From assembly GCA_910592345.1 (NCBI GenBank), contig CAJVPI010000053.1, positions 45,851 to 65,850 on the forward strand: a stretch of 20,000 bases of DNA, read 5' to 3'. Shown here one piece after another: positions 1 through 12,600 of the stretch. The stretch is from Paraglomus brasilianum (lineage: Eukaryota). Position 1 is the first letter of the stretch. Every line of letters starts with the position of its first letter. Under the pieces are notes generated by a model, which was given only the letters and a program-made list of their open reading frames with translations, searched no databases and had not been told where the DNA came from. A program made the translations under genes and the position numbers.

Positions 1-1119
1 TCCAGATACTCTTTGACTTTCTTGGTTCCTCTTCATTGATTCCGTTATCTTTTGTGCAATCCATGTTGCTTGTTGTTCATTAATGATAACTGAGTCAATA
101 CCAGCATTAATATTAGGAGTTTTGTCCTCTTTATTAGTCTTACTATTTATATTATCACAAGTTGCTTGACCTTTCCTTGGAGGTAAAACTATTGATTTTG
201 GTTTGTAATTTTTATTCATATGATAAGAAACTATATCACGCTGCAACTCTTTTGTTAATAACTCATCATATGGGACAGCTTTCTCCTGAAAATCTTCAGA
301 TGAAATATTGAAAAACCTTATATGAGGAATACAATCAGATATAATTGCTCTGACTTTAGCAACATCTTCAGATGACCAGCTGTCCGGTTCATTTATGAGT
401 CCTGGAACTTGATTAGTAGTCCATTGTATTACTGATGTCCAAATATCAATTTCTTCCATATTAAGTTCATCATGTTTGAGAAGAGTAATCAAGGTCTCTT
501 TTGGTAGATTTACCAAATTATCAGACTTGAACATAATCTCTGGAGATAATATCATAATGTTGTCACAATAATTCAACAACTTGTTTAATAGACTTGAGGA
601 TAAGGCACATTTATGGATTGCAAAAATGTTGTGTTGTATCCATTCCTTCTGGTGACTAACCAAATAGTCTCCAACTGTGATAACAAAGTTATCTAATTCG
701 AATCTGCAAGCGACATCTAAAAGGCTGACCCAGTTGATGACCTCACTTGAAACTTTTCCTGTGTAAATGAATCTATAAGCACAGGAAATTCGGCTGAGTA
801 AGCAAAACGATTGCGAAATGACTGTAATATTAGCGTTTAAGTTAATAAACATTTACCTAAGTAAGATTTCAAAGACTTCGGATGGTACATCTTCGAAAGT
901 CATAACTGTCCGCTGAAACTCTTCTGTATCTTCAACCATCATCTTCTCAAAATATGTGCTTCTCGTGCACAACACCACTGCATGAGCAAGAAAGATTTTA
1001 TTGTTTGGCTCTCTTCCAACATTGATCGAAACATCTGTGTATTTGTTGCTTTCATAAAGCTTTTCATAATCCGATGAAAGATCTGAAGACAGATCAACTA
1101 TATCAATTAAGCTAGTCAT
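1..1119 (-). CDS. BTB/POZ-BACK domain protein (probably BTB-BACK-TLDc family), 3' end outside window; exons 1119-857 and 772-<1
   Basis: Exon 1 reads MTSLIDIVDLSSDLSSDYEKLYESNKYTDVSINVG...FLAHAVVLCTRSTYF, a typical BTB N-terminus. GT-AG intron 856-773 joins LLR|FIYTGKV. Exon 2 stays open to base 1, with BACK-like LLKHDELNMEEIDIWTSVIQW, CIPHIRFFNISSEDF and IDSVIINEQQATWI, which usually precedes TLDc in this family. Confidence 0.9.
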
Positions 1120-2668
1120 TTTAATTTCGAAATGATAACTTATGTCAAGATTTACGATAAACACGACGTATTAGTATTCCTCCGTGAATTCCGATAAAAG
1201 TTACACCAAAAACCGCGTTTCACAGCCGATCAATGATCAGGAGATCAAATAACGCGGAAGGCGACAGTGCAACGGAGACAGGAAAATGTATCTTAATCCC
1301 ATGTATTTATTGGTTTTAGAGTATAAGAAAGCGCAGTAGGCGCAGAACTAGAAATAGATATATAAGCAGTCGTGCAATCGGTTGAATAAATTCGATCTTG
1401 AATCTAATATTTGTAATAATTACATTTAATCATATAATTAATCGAATAAACATGTTTATCAAGCAGTACTTATTTCACATTTTATAAGTATAATAAATCC
1501 CAGCAAGATAACTATTTTCGTAAATATATCCGTGTCTTAAAAATAATAAGCAATCCAAAATTGATTTTCTAGGAGAACGGAGTAAGATTAATTGTGACGT
1601 TGATTACTGTTATTAGTGAAATACGTACGGACAGACTACCGAACTTTAATTGGGAGAAGGCTGAATTTTGGCTAAAGAAGCAGGATTTATAGCACACGTC
1701 GCGTTTTTTTTTAATCATGCTTTCTCTATAATAGCAACACCTTGTTTTTTGTATTTTTATCAATGGGAGAAATTAACGTCGTCGCTAGGTATGATAGTAT
1801 TAGGTTTCTAGCAAGTCTACCATGCCGAAAACTAGAATTACCCGACCAAATAATTGAAACAAGACTCCACTAGGCTAAACGTTAGATACCATCGGGACTA
1901 TTTACTTGGCACTATTTTTCAATCGCAAGTTTAAGCCTGTAAAGCATTCTTTCAAGAGACGTTCAAGTGCGAAAGAAGACAGCCCGAGGATTTGGTTAGT
2001 AGACCTGACGACGAATAAGGAGGAGATCGAGAATTATGGAGTGAGATAGAAGGGGGTGAGAATTGTACATTGACACAGATTCAATGGTTGGAAAAAGAGC
2101 CATACATGGAATATTGCTTGCATATGCAGGTATGTTTGGTATTGTGGTGGGGTGGTGGCATATCTGATTCAGTTCAGTACAAGACTTGTTAACAAGCCTT
2201 TTTTTTTTAACTGTTCCCCTCGACAAACATAAATTGCCTTTTTTAACCTTTTTCAATTCCTCACACAACATAGTAATAGAATAAATGAGCATGCAAAGTG
2301 ACAACATATCTCGCATTGCATCATATCATGAAGAAGCAGCTCCGGTTCTGATCATGAACAAACTTCTGGTCCGTTGTCCTTCCAAGCATAAGATGTCTTT
2401 GACAAATTCCCAAGAGGCACTGTAACGAGTGTGCTGTCACTCACTGCTATCGAAGATTATATCGCTTGTGGTAGAGATTTGTATGTACATGCATCTGATG
2501 AATCAGATGAGAATTGTTTATTACAGTCATAATGATTCTATGAATTAGGCTAATACTAATATTGGAAATTTAATTGTATTATAATATTAATATTATCAAT
2601 GTTCTTTATTATTGTTATTTAGATATTCTATACTATTATTATATACATAAAGTATGATGGAATTGATA

Positions 2669-3444
2669 TTAGTTTCGCTTGAAAGGGGTATCGGGTGTTT
2701 TCCCGAGTTGATCTTGTCCTGTGAGTCTGATAATTTTTGCGAACTGTTTTCAAATCAATAACAGATTGGTCGGTGTCGAAGCTCTGTCTCTTACTCCAGA
2801 GCCTTGCTTTCATTCATTAGTCTAACTACTTCATCTGCTACCCCCTCAAAGTATGTCTTCAGCTTAATGGCATTTGTCAATAGGTCTTCTACAGATTTTC
2901 GGTCTGAGACCTTTAATGGTATTGTTAAATCCAAAACCTCGTATGCAATGTAGACTTTGCCACCAACTGAATCCAGAACTGACACACTTATATGATCATT
3001 TACAACCAAAGCCCTGTCATTGGTACTGCAACCAAGGAATTGCTTATCTCTTTTGCTGCAGTAAATAGTATACGGAGTAGGCACATTCATCAATCACTTC
3101 CTCTCTAGCTGAATCGATCGGTGAGTAAACTACGCTCATACAAAATAGATCATTTTGACTGCAAGAGGACAGGCTTTGTCCTTCCCTTCAAAGACAACAT
3201 TAAAAAGCCTTTTATGGCCATCTTTACACGAGCGGAGCAATTTTTTCCAATCTCTGATGTGCTTTGGCCGCTCAGCATCTAATTTCGAACATTCCCCAAA
3301 TAGCAACTCCACACTATCATCCTTGGGTTTTTTTGCTTCTTCCTCTTCATTTGGTTTTATTTCGCTAAAGAACAGCTTGACCCGTATGTCAGGCTTGTTC
3401 CCAAATGTCTTCGAACCCATCTCCTTCTTCCGATCATGGGATGC
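2669..3444 (-). pseudogene. Frameshifted, 5'-truncated PD-(D/E)XK/REase-like (Crinkler C-terminal type) gene relic
   Basis: Motif order ASHDRKK..GNKPD..ELLFGECSK..KHIRDWKKLLRSCKD..VPMTGL/VVNDHISVSVLD..VYIAYEVLDLTIP..TPDTPFKRN* is spread over different frames. There is an in-frame TAA just upstream of ASHDRK and frame changes near 3010 and 2790-2730. Family assignment is from motif recall. Confidence 0.6.
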
Positions 3445-4019
3445 TTAACCCTCAACAATTGAGACACAATTAACATGGGATGTTTGCTAAGAAGTTGAAA
3501 GAGAAAACGTACGCATCTGACCATTCTAAAAAATTAGCTATCAAATTGTGTGAACTCAGAATCTAAAGCCTAGGACTGGGATTTGTCAGGGCCATGAAAT
3601 ATGTTTACGTTCAGTGTCGACGGGGATACGGAGAGCCAGTTCAGTGGGAAATAACATTCACCACATACGCGTTTTCACTGTAATTGATTAACGAGATTGG
3701 AGGCATACATGTCTATATATTCCGCCTTTGAATGTTTAGTTCCAAAGCACAACCATTCGGCACTGAGAGTCTGTGAGAGTGAACAGTAAATAGGCGCTTG
3801 CAATTATGTAAAAATTGGCATCACAATCACGGTTGTATCTTTGGCTTTAGTTGCTCAGCTATCTCAGCCGAGACTTCATGTCGAAGAACGCTTGACATGT
3901 GTATATAACTTAGCATTGAGCGAGAGAATGATATCACTGTATACTGGTTGCACCGAATTGTCCGACCATCCGTAATTATATAAACACATCAAAATCCACA
4001 CCGAAATTAAAAAAAAAAA

Positions 4020-6205
4020 ATGGATTATAAACCACGTGTTGCAATTATTGGTGCTGGTATGATCGAAGCGAGAATGTTGACTTACATATGGTTTTTTTCG
4101 ACAGAAACGTTCACATCATCCTTCCATGCTTAAATTAAGGTGTTACTGGTTTAATTGCCATTAAGCAATGTTTGGTCGCTGAATTGGAACCTATCTGCTT
4201 CGAACAGACCGACCATACTGGTGGATTATGGAGATATACTGAAGTTACCGAGGAAAATCAAAACCCTCATTCTTCTGTATATCGTAGTACCATCATCAAC
4301 ACATGTAAAGAACATGTATGTGTATGTCAATTAACTTTCCATATTGAGGTTAGGAATTTTTTCATGTATCTTAAAACTACGCAGATGACATTGTCTGATT
4401 TCCCAATTCCGGAAGATTGGCCGACGTTTCTTCCGCACTATAAAGTGGCAGAGTAAATATTAAAAATTTGCGCGTTAATATTGAATGCTGATCCTACGGA
4501 CTAATGGCATAATCTCTCCACAAGATACTACGACTTGTATGCGGATAAATTCAACCTATGGCCGCATGTCCGATTTAACACAACAATATTGAATGCGTCT
4601 ATGATCCCAGAGACAAAGAAATGGAAAATTGCATCGATTAAAAAGGGTGGAGAAAAGGAAGAAGAAGAATTTGATTATGTTATGGTATGTACTGGACATC
4701 ATAGCGTTCCCCGATTGCCAAATTACCAGGGGATGAAGACATTCCCTGGTAAGCAGATACATTCTCACTTTTACAAAGAGTAAGTGGATTCGATTGTTCA
4801 ATGAGTGAAGCGCAAATTAATATGCACATTTAAGAAGCTAAATAATATTATTGCAGACCATTTGCATACGCTGGCAAACGCGTTGTGGTTGTTGGAGTTG
4901 GTAACAGGTGAATGCAAAATGATCATTGGTGTCCTTGTATTAAATCGACATCTAATCGCTTTGCAATGTTTCCAGTGGCATGGACATATCTGTAGAGTTA
5001 TCTCACTATGCATCACAAGTCTACCTAGTATCCCGTAGAGGTATCAAACTTTTTGCTTATTGTTCATATTACTCATTTATCGCGTGACACATTCTACAAT
5101 AACGTTTTTTCTATAAGGCAGACTTCCCTGGATCCTGCCCCGCCGAGGTCCCTTCGGACGACCATTTGATCACTCAAACTCGCGCTTCGCCGGCTTGCTT
5201 CCTGGCTTTATCAGGAACTATATTGTCCGCCTATTCATCTCGCTTACCACCGGCCTACCTCCCAAGCACCTCCAACCGTTGTATCCATTTTCCGCTGCTC
5301 ATCCATCAGTAAAGCCAGATTTTCTTGATCGGCTTTCAACCGGAACGATTGTGGTGAAACCCGATATTTTGTCATTGACGACTGATGGATCCGTGTCTTT
5401 TGTTGATAACACAATTGTCGATAATATTGATGTTATTTTTTACTGTACTGGATACAACAATGAAGTACGCTTTATGGATACGGAAATCATCAATGGTGGA
5501 GATATTGTCAGAAAGAATTTTGACGAAGGAGAATATAGGGAGAATATTACTTGGTTATATAAATTTATGTTCCCTCCAAGATGGAGTAATATTGCATTTT
5601 TGGGATTCGTCCAGCAGATTGGGGCGATCATGCCTTTGTGGTAAGCGTTACAACCATCGCTATAACGATTGCTAATCCTTTACTACAAGTCATTCATACA
5701 AAAATCATAAAATACCTGTAACATTACTTCCCCATCCAACAGTGAACTCCAAGCCCGTTATGTGACAGCGTTGATTAAAGGCAAGATTTCGCCTCTGCCC
5801 TCCTCCGAGGAAATGGACAAACGCATTATGGCCTACCATAATCGAAATCGTAAGAAGTTCTATGAAGCGGCCAGACACACTATGGAGATTGAAATGATGC
5901 CGTATTGCGATACAATTGCAAAGGATATTGGATGTTATCCAACATTGACGAAAGTACTGTGGAAATATGGATTTGGGATTTGGAGGAGGGTGTTATTTGG
6001 CGTTCCTACACCTATGCAAGTGAGTATGTTCTTTGAATGAAGCTCGTTGGTACAGGATAAGATTACAAATTTTTGAAGTTGTCAATAACCGATTTGCTTG
6101 ATAGTATATATTGATGATTTCTCATTTTCTTCTTAGTTTCGATTGTTGGGACCTGACAGATGGCCCGATGCTGCCAAATGGATTCGTATATATAACAAAA
6201 GCTGA
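4020..6205 (+). CDS. FMO: Flavin-containing monooxygenase (FMO, dimethylaniline monooxygenase-like), 9 exons, 506 aa: 4020-4056, 4140-4315, 4385-4452, 4525-4779, 4857-4907, 4976-5040, 5118-5640, 5743-6019, 6137-6205
   Basis: All introns are GT-AG and the exons sum to 1521 nt in frame. Motifs: FAD site VAIIGAGVTG, GGLWRY, FMO fingerprint FPGKQIHSHFY, NADPH site VVGVGNSGMDI, FYCTGY, ELQARY and C-terminal PMQFRLLGPDRW. Confidence 0.95.
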
Positions 6206-6949
6206 ATGGAACTGATAAATACTTTTATAATTGTTATAATGGCGACGGTAGAATTTATTGACCTGTCAACATTCAGTTTGTGGAATGAACTCTGGCATTT
6301 ATAATAGCGAATTGATCATGCGGAGAAAGGCGAGATTATTAAAAACACTCCCCCCTCCCCCCAGAAAATTTCCAGAACAATATTTAATAAAAAGTTCGAA
6401 AGATGACTTGTAGCTCCCGACTCTTGCTATGTTTAAAGATCGCTAATCAGTATTGGTAATATTTTGTCTCAAGATTTAATATTCGAAAAGTCTATTTTTC
6501 ATACGTAATATTTTATATGTGCTAACTCTATTGGACTGAAAATCTTCGTTTATGCGAATGTCACCCTGCAAAAAGAAAAAGCTTTTTGTAACCGCGTAAT
6601 ACCCATTGTACTAATACTATTGTGGTCAAAAAAAGGAACAGAAAAATCTATGCAAGCCGTAACTGTCGCTATATCTATACAAAAAAAAGTATTAAGCTGC
6701 GGAAATGCATGCAATTAAGTTTCGTGAACGTGGAATCTTTGGTTGTTAGAAATACTGTACGTGAATATTGCTGACGTTAATAAACAAATCGCATGCGTAT
6801 ACCATATCCACAATCATACAAAATACTTTACTGATGGATAGTATTCCATTCTCGTTCTTCATTCTTTGAATTCTTATACTTTTGGAAATGAGTCAATTTC
6901 CAAGGAAATATATCATTTTTTAGTAATGCTCTTCAATTCGATAGACATA

Positions 6950-7440
6950 CAGTATCCTTTATAGTGTATTGTATATCTCAACAATTACGCAACATAGAGA
7001 AATAAAAATAAGTTTATTTAAAGCTTCTCGATTACTTTATTAAATGTAAAAATTTTAGTACGAAATTCTATCTCCATTTTTTGCAGTTCACTGATAATTG
7101 TTTTAATTCACTAATCTCTTTGGGCATTCTTTTTTCCACGCTATTCTAATAGAACTGTTGGATAATTCTATAACACGAATATTGGTTTGCGATAAAAATC
7201 CTTTGCAGCACGAGACGTGTGCTTGGGATCATTATCTTGTTGTAAAAGTCAGCTTTTACCATACAATAGTTGGCCAACAGGAAGAAAGAAGCTGGGCTTG
7301 CAAAATATTCATTATCCATTATTTCTGTAAAACAAACAAGGCGGCAAACGAATTGTTCGATACGGTTCGTGTGAACGGCCATATTACCACCCTTATGTTC
7401 AATGGTGCCTATCGCATTGAGTTTTCTAAGGATAGTATGA
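6950..7440 (-). mobile_element. Degenerate Tc1/mariner (DD34E-type) transposon relic
   Basis: The minus strand gives YGKS*LLQQDNDPKHTSRAAKDF (Tc1 second-Asp motif QQDNDPKH) and VEKRMPKEISELKQL. A TA-CAGT terminus lies at 6948-6953 on the expected side. Multiple stops and frameshifts; the other TIR was not found. Confidence 0.75.
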
Positions 7441-8799
7441 AGGGAATTTTCGGTTTTGATGTATTTTTTTTGGCAGAGGAAATTTTTGTGCTCAAGCTTT
7501 ATGTTTACATTTTACAGAAAAAAAATAGGTTTTTTTGTTAGCAATAAGTAAATAAACATTTATATTATTACGTAAACAACTCCCGTTTTGCTCTTGCTTC
7601 CAATCGAGAGAAATACATCCGAAATCACAGACCAGTACAGCACCAGTAATATTGAACGCATGTGGAAGGACGCCTGAAGCTATATATAAACAGTGTGCGA
7701 TTCTTAATAATTGTGTGAACAGAATGAGCCATTTGGTCCTTCATAGCTATAGAAATAGACCGTATCATATAGACGCTATGACAAATAGAAGAATGAATAC
7801 ATTCTGCTACAAGATACGTCGACTATCCGAGAAAACATGGATTCTTACGCTATAACCGCCGTAACGGGAAATTTGAAGGTTAAAACTGGTTAAAATCTCC
7901 GCAATAAAGAGATGGGTTTTTTTTAATTCAGCGACAAGTTTCTGGTAGCAACTGATCTAGTAAAATTGAAGGCAAAACCAGAATTATGCAGAGGACTCCG
8001 GAGAATGGTCATACGAGGCATTCAAATTCATGCTGAAAAATAATGAAGAACGCCTCAATGGGCATTATTTCTGTCGGGTTTCCAAGAGCGACAGAGGGGA
8101 AAAGTTGGAGAGAGCTTGTAAGTGACTACTTTATTGAAGAAAAAAGTTTAGAACACCTTACCGCCGTCGGATCCATCAGCGGAACCCCAGTGCGTAAAAA
8201 ACGGATCACAAGGCTCATTCGAACAGCGAATATTAGAGTCCGGTCTGCTCGAGACAAGAATTCGATATTATCGACACAACAACAACAACAACATCCCGGT
8301 CAACAGTGGATTATTTGCGATAGTAGATAAGTTACCGAGTAAAAACTTCTGCCAAAACCGAGCCGTGCGTAAAATATTAGAGATTGTGTCGTTGACAAAA
8401 ATGAATTTGCAGCAGCCACAGATATAATTTCTAAAGTTTGCAGAGGTTGCAGCTAAAAATTTTTCAAGGCATACCTACTACTCTACGCACTGTACAAGTA
8501 AGCAGTGAAGTAATTCAGAAGTTAGCTAATAAGTCTTTTTTGACACTCTGTAGTAGAAGACATACATATTACCATAAAACAAGCTTTTGAGCAAGATATC
8601 AATGAAAAGCATATCTAATACAATATAAAGAAAAGAACAGAAAGGCTTGATATTGTAGTTCAGAGGTCCAGAGTAACATTACAGAGGGTACTCAAAAGTT
8701 TATTATTATGGACACTTTATTATTGCATAAATTGCTCAGTTTTTTATTATTATAACAGTGTCTTTCACAATAATAAAAAATGGTTCTACTACACCACTA

Positions 8800-8995
8800 T
8801 ATTAAGGCGTTTTATGGTGAAAGAGTGGGATAGTATTCCGGACTTGATTGTAAAAAAATTGGTAAACTCGATGAAAAGATGTTGTGAGGCGATTATTAAA
8901 GGTAGTAGATTTTACAGTTTAAATGAGGTATTTTGAGTCCCAATTAACTTGTTTATTGTAATTTTACTGAGGACAAGATTTTTTGTCCCATACTG
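8800..8995 (+). mobile_element. 3' end of a Tc1/mariner element (transposase C-terminus plus right TIR)
   Basis: Reads KAFMVKEWDSIPDLIVKKLVNSMKRCCEAIIKG (Tc1 C-terminal helix pattern W..I....L..SM..R..A.I). It is followed by a TIR-like end GACAAGATTTTTTGTCCCATACTG-TA (TA at 8996-8997). Left end not identified. Confidence 0.7.
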
Positions 8996-9660
8996 TATAT
9001 TTGCACGATTCCCTACCCCACCAACTTCTGGTTGGCACACCCAATCGTGTGGAATGTCATCAATAATCTATTGTATTCGATTATCACTTAATGTGCGAGA
9101 AGCAACGAAAATCTATTGTTTGACAGAATGGTGTAATTGCTACCTACATTGTTAGTGTCAAAGTCGATATTTCCCTCACTATATGTGTTGTTAATGTACA
9201 AATTATAGACACCCCCCAATACGTGGGTCTCCTCGTTGTCCACAGATAACGTCACGAAAACTTTATTCATTATTCGCGCAAAATTCGTTGCACATTAATA
9301 TGTAAGGATGCGAGTTTGCTCATACCTGAATCCAAACGAAACAATTATAAATCAAGCGTTACAACCGTTTGCGCTATCAACAAATCTCAATAGTTTCGTA
9401 GCAATTTTCTTGTAGTTTAAACATTAGAGTATTATTACATAAAAATTTTATTATATTTTTCAAGAGAGTACACAGACCCTCAATCATAGTTTTGCATAAG
9501 TAATAAATTCGAATCTGTTCCTATTGGTTTCTTGCGCTCTCTCACGCTAACATAACGGACTCGCGAGATTTCCTTGAACGACAAAATCAAACCCATTTCT
9601 ATCACCAATGTCCATCCAATGAGGTTACATGTCGTGTCGAGTCAATATATTCCAAATAGT

Positions 9661-12600
9661 TCAACTCAAACTACCATATTTTTCGTTCCATGTTTGATAT
9701 ATTTCCAAGTCGCTTGTGCTAACACTTGCCCGCACTAGCGTTTAAAAGCATCAGTACAAAATCCATTAAAACTCCAGACCCTATATAAATTGATTTCACT
9801 TGCCTTGAGTCAATGCACCCAAAAAGTCTGTATAATATGCGTAGTACAATATGAATTATTGAGTGTTAAAATTACATATAAAACATGACTAATTTATGAT
9901 TACCTTGAAACGTCATTGGGCGAACATCGTCCGCTGTATGTGAACATGTATTATAATGAGAGATAATCTATAATTAATTAGATGATTTGAATATCTTTAT
10001 TACACTCACCTGATATGCTTCGTATGTCTTCGATTGTGCGTATTGGACCCAATGCGGCCTCTGTTATAGTCAATGTTAGAATAAGTCCTGCATCCCGCCT
10101 TTTCGAATTGTGCAACATACCTCTACAGAGTCCATCCATGTCTGATCCAGAATATCCTTCTGCTCTTTTGCATATTTCATGGGTCTCCTCTTCTGACAAT
10201 GAATGTTTCTGCTTTTTCAACAAATTACATATGATCCCGTATCTTCCATCATGTTCAGGCAGTGGAATATAAAGCCGTTTTCTAAATCGACGCCCTAAAA
10301 TAGACGAGCATTAATAGCTGTTGGGGGGAATCATGAAATTATATGTGCGAAATTGATACTAACTTGCAGCTTCATCTATTTCCTGTGGCCTGTAAATAAA
10401 TTAGTGATTGAATTACATATGATATAGGAATCAACTATAGTACAGCTATGAAGGACTGTGGTTATAACCTATTGGTTGCACCGACGATCAGAATACGGTC
10501 TTCTTCCTCGGCTGCTGTCTTAACACCATCCTATATTCGTGCATTATGATGATTGCAAATAAAGAATAGGTAATGAATGTAGAACCCATGACGTTAGCAT
10601 GGAATTCGCATCGCGTGAGCAACCATTATAAAACTACATACAAACTGCACAAGAAATTCCGTCTTTATACGACGCGACGCTATTTTTGAGTGTAATAATT
10701 ATATGATTATATAGTTCCACTTGCGGCCCAATCAATGACCATGCTGTTCTCAAACTCACCCTCAAACTCGCCATCAGTCCTTTGTGTTAGCAGTGAATCA
10801 ATCTATTATGTTGTGTTGCTATTATTAGAATAAGGTCGCATAATCATAGTCTACCATAATTATGATTACCTCATCAACGAAAACCACTGCTGGCTGATTC
10901 ACCCGTGCAACTGCAAAGAGTGCACGAACCTAGAATATTGGCGTCAATAATGGGAACATGCTGCAACATTGTAGTCATGTATTGGAAATTGCACGTTACC
11001 ATTTTCTCGCCATCTCCTACCCATTTTGATGTCAGCGATGATGAGCTACAGGAATACGATACATTAGCCGTGATGCTCCAAACCCTGCATTCTGGAAGAC
11101 ATTTGCTAACCTGATGCTAAAAAACGTTGCCCCAGACTGACTGTAATAGAATTAGAAAATGATAATTAGCTTAATTCCAGTCTTGAGAGGCAAATTGTTT
11201 AAATAATTATGTTTGCGTATCAAACATCTATACTTTCATAAGTACCTAGCAATACATTTGCCAATCAATGTCTTTCCTAACATAATCAACATTGAGTATT
11301 AACTAAATAGATGCACAATCTTTGACGGACAAAAAAACTACCTGTTCCGGGTGGTCCGAAAAGCAGTAACCCTAACGAATTGCAGGCGGTCAATAACGAG
11401 AATGTGCAAGCATTAGAATGCGATCAATTCTCCTTTACCTTTCGGTGGCCCTCTTAGTCCGGTGAAAATATCACTATATTTGATATGATAAACAGAATTT
11501 CAGACGCGTCAATAAGATCAATTACTGCTCCCGCTACTACGTACGGTCGCAACATTGGCCAAGTAACAGCTTCCTGGATTGTTTTCTTTGCGTGTTCTAA
11601 TCCGGCAATGTCATCCCATGTGACATTCGGTGTTTTATCCATAATCTATAACGTAAAAAAGACATGAGAAGCATGCAGTATTTGAATGAAATGAGATAGT
11701 CCATCTCACCTCATTTTGAATCATCTCCACCATCTTTGGATCAATATTCCTCAATCTCTCATCAACCGGTTCTTCATTTTCTACTGGTTTAAGTAACTTG
11801 GCCCTATTCCTACAAAGATAAGTGAAAAATTACAAGATAACGAAAAACCAGTATCTTGATTATTTTTCATGATGTGCAACTAGTTACTCTCGCAATTGTC
11901 TCGTCATTAACTACATCTCTGTTTTACTCACCTTGTTACCTCCCTACCCTCTTCTGCACATTCACGTTTTAACAAAGGCGACACAAATTTGCCACGCTTG
12001 CCAACATCGGTTGAACTAAGTAAGCGTCGACGTAAATTTGCAGAATAATTATACTGTGTGCTTTCGTCATCGGCATTCTGAGATTGTTGAAAGCGAGATT
12101 TGCGCTTTGCTTCGGCTGCCTTAATCAAAAGGAATGTAAACATAATTGCTAATACATTTCACGAATTAAATACAACAAAGAGAAAAAGCATAGTGGTTCA
12201 GTGCGTACTAATTGTTGTTTTGCGGTGACAAAGCTACCACACACGGCTGGTTTTTCACATTCTTCATCGATCTCCATGTCATCGCTAGTTTTCTTATTAT
12301 GCTTATAACGAGAATTGATAGAAATGAGTCATTATCAATTCCAGGTCAAAATTGAACAAGAGGCAACCAAGTCTACCAAGTTGGGCAGTCCATTAGAGAA
12401 TCCGGTATTCCTAGCATTCGTGGCTTTATCATCTATGTCCATCTTATTACTCTGGCTTTGATTTGGCTTGCACGGAATACTATTCTTAGCGAATAAATTA
12501 TGGTCTGTTCTAACTAGAGGTTTTTTATTATTAGGATTCTTAATAAAATACGAGGATATTAATGATGAGGCTGTACGAGGTTGTCGCTTTGATTGAGGAT

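Noticed and set aside
1750..2530. Coding-like fragments (e.g. RIWLVDLTT..VRIVH, donor CAG|GTATGT at ~2129) and ORF 1996-2316
   Set aside because: Interrupted by stops in all frames; similarity to known AM-fungal repeat families is too weak to call.
7158..7541. 127-aa plus-strand ORF
   Set aside because: Antisense to the Tc1 relic, with a non-ATG start and no recognisable domain.
7560..8800. Short ORFs (7652-7855, 8043-8330 with poly-Q from a CAA run)
   Set aside because: No recognisable motif or consistent splice model; possibly decayed coding or TE sequence but unsupported.
9010..9067. DDIPHDWVCQPEVGGVG resembles the rubredoxin DIPDDWVCPxCGVG motif
   Set aside because: Lacks the second Cys and the N-terminal CxxC; likely coincidence.
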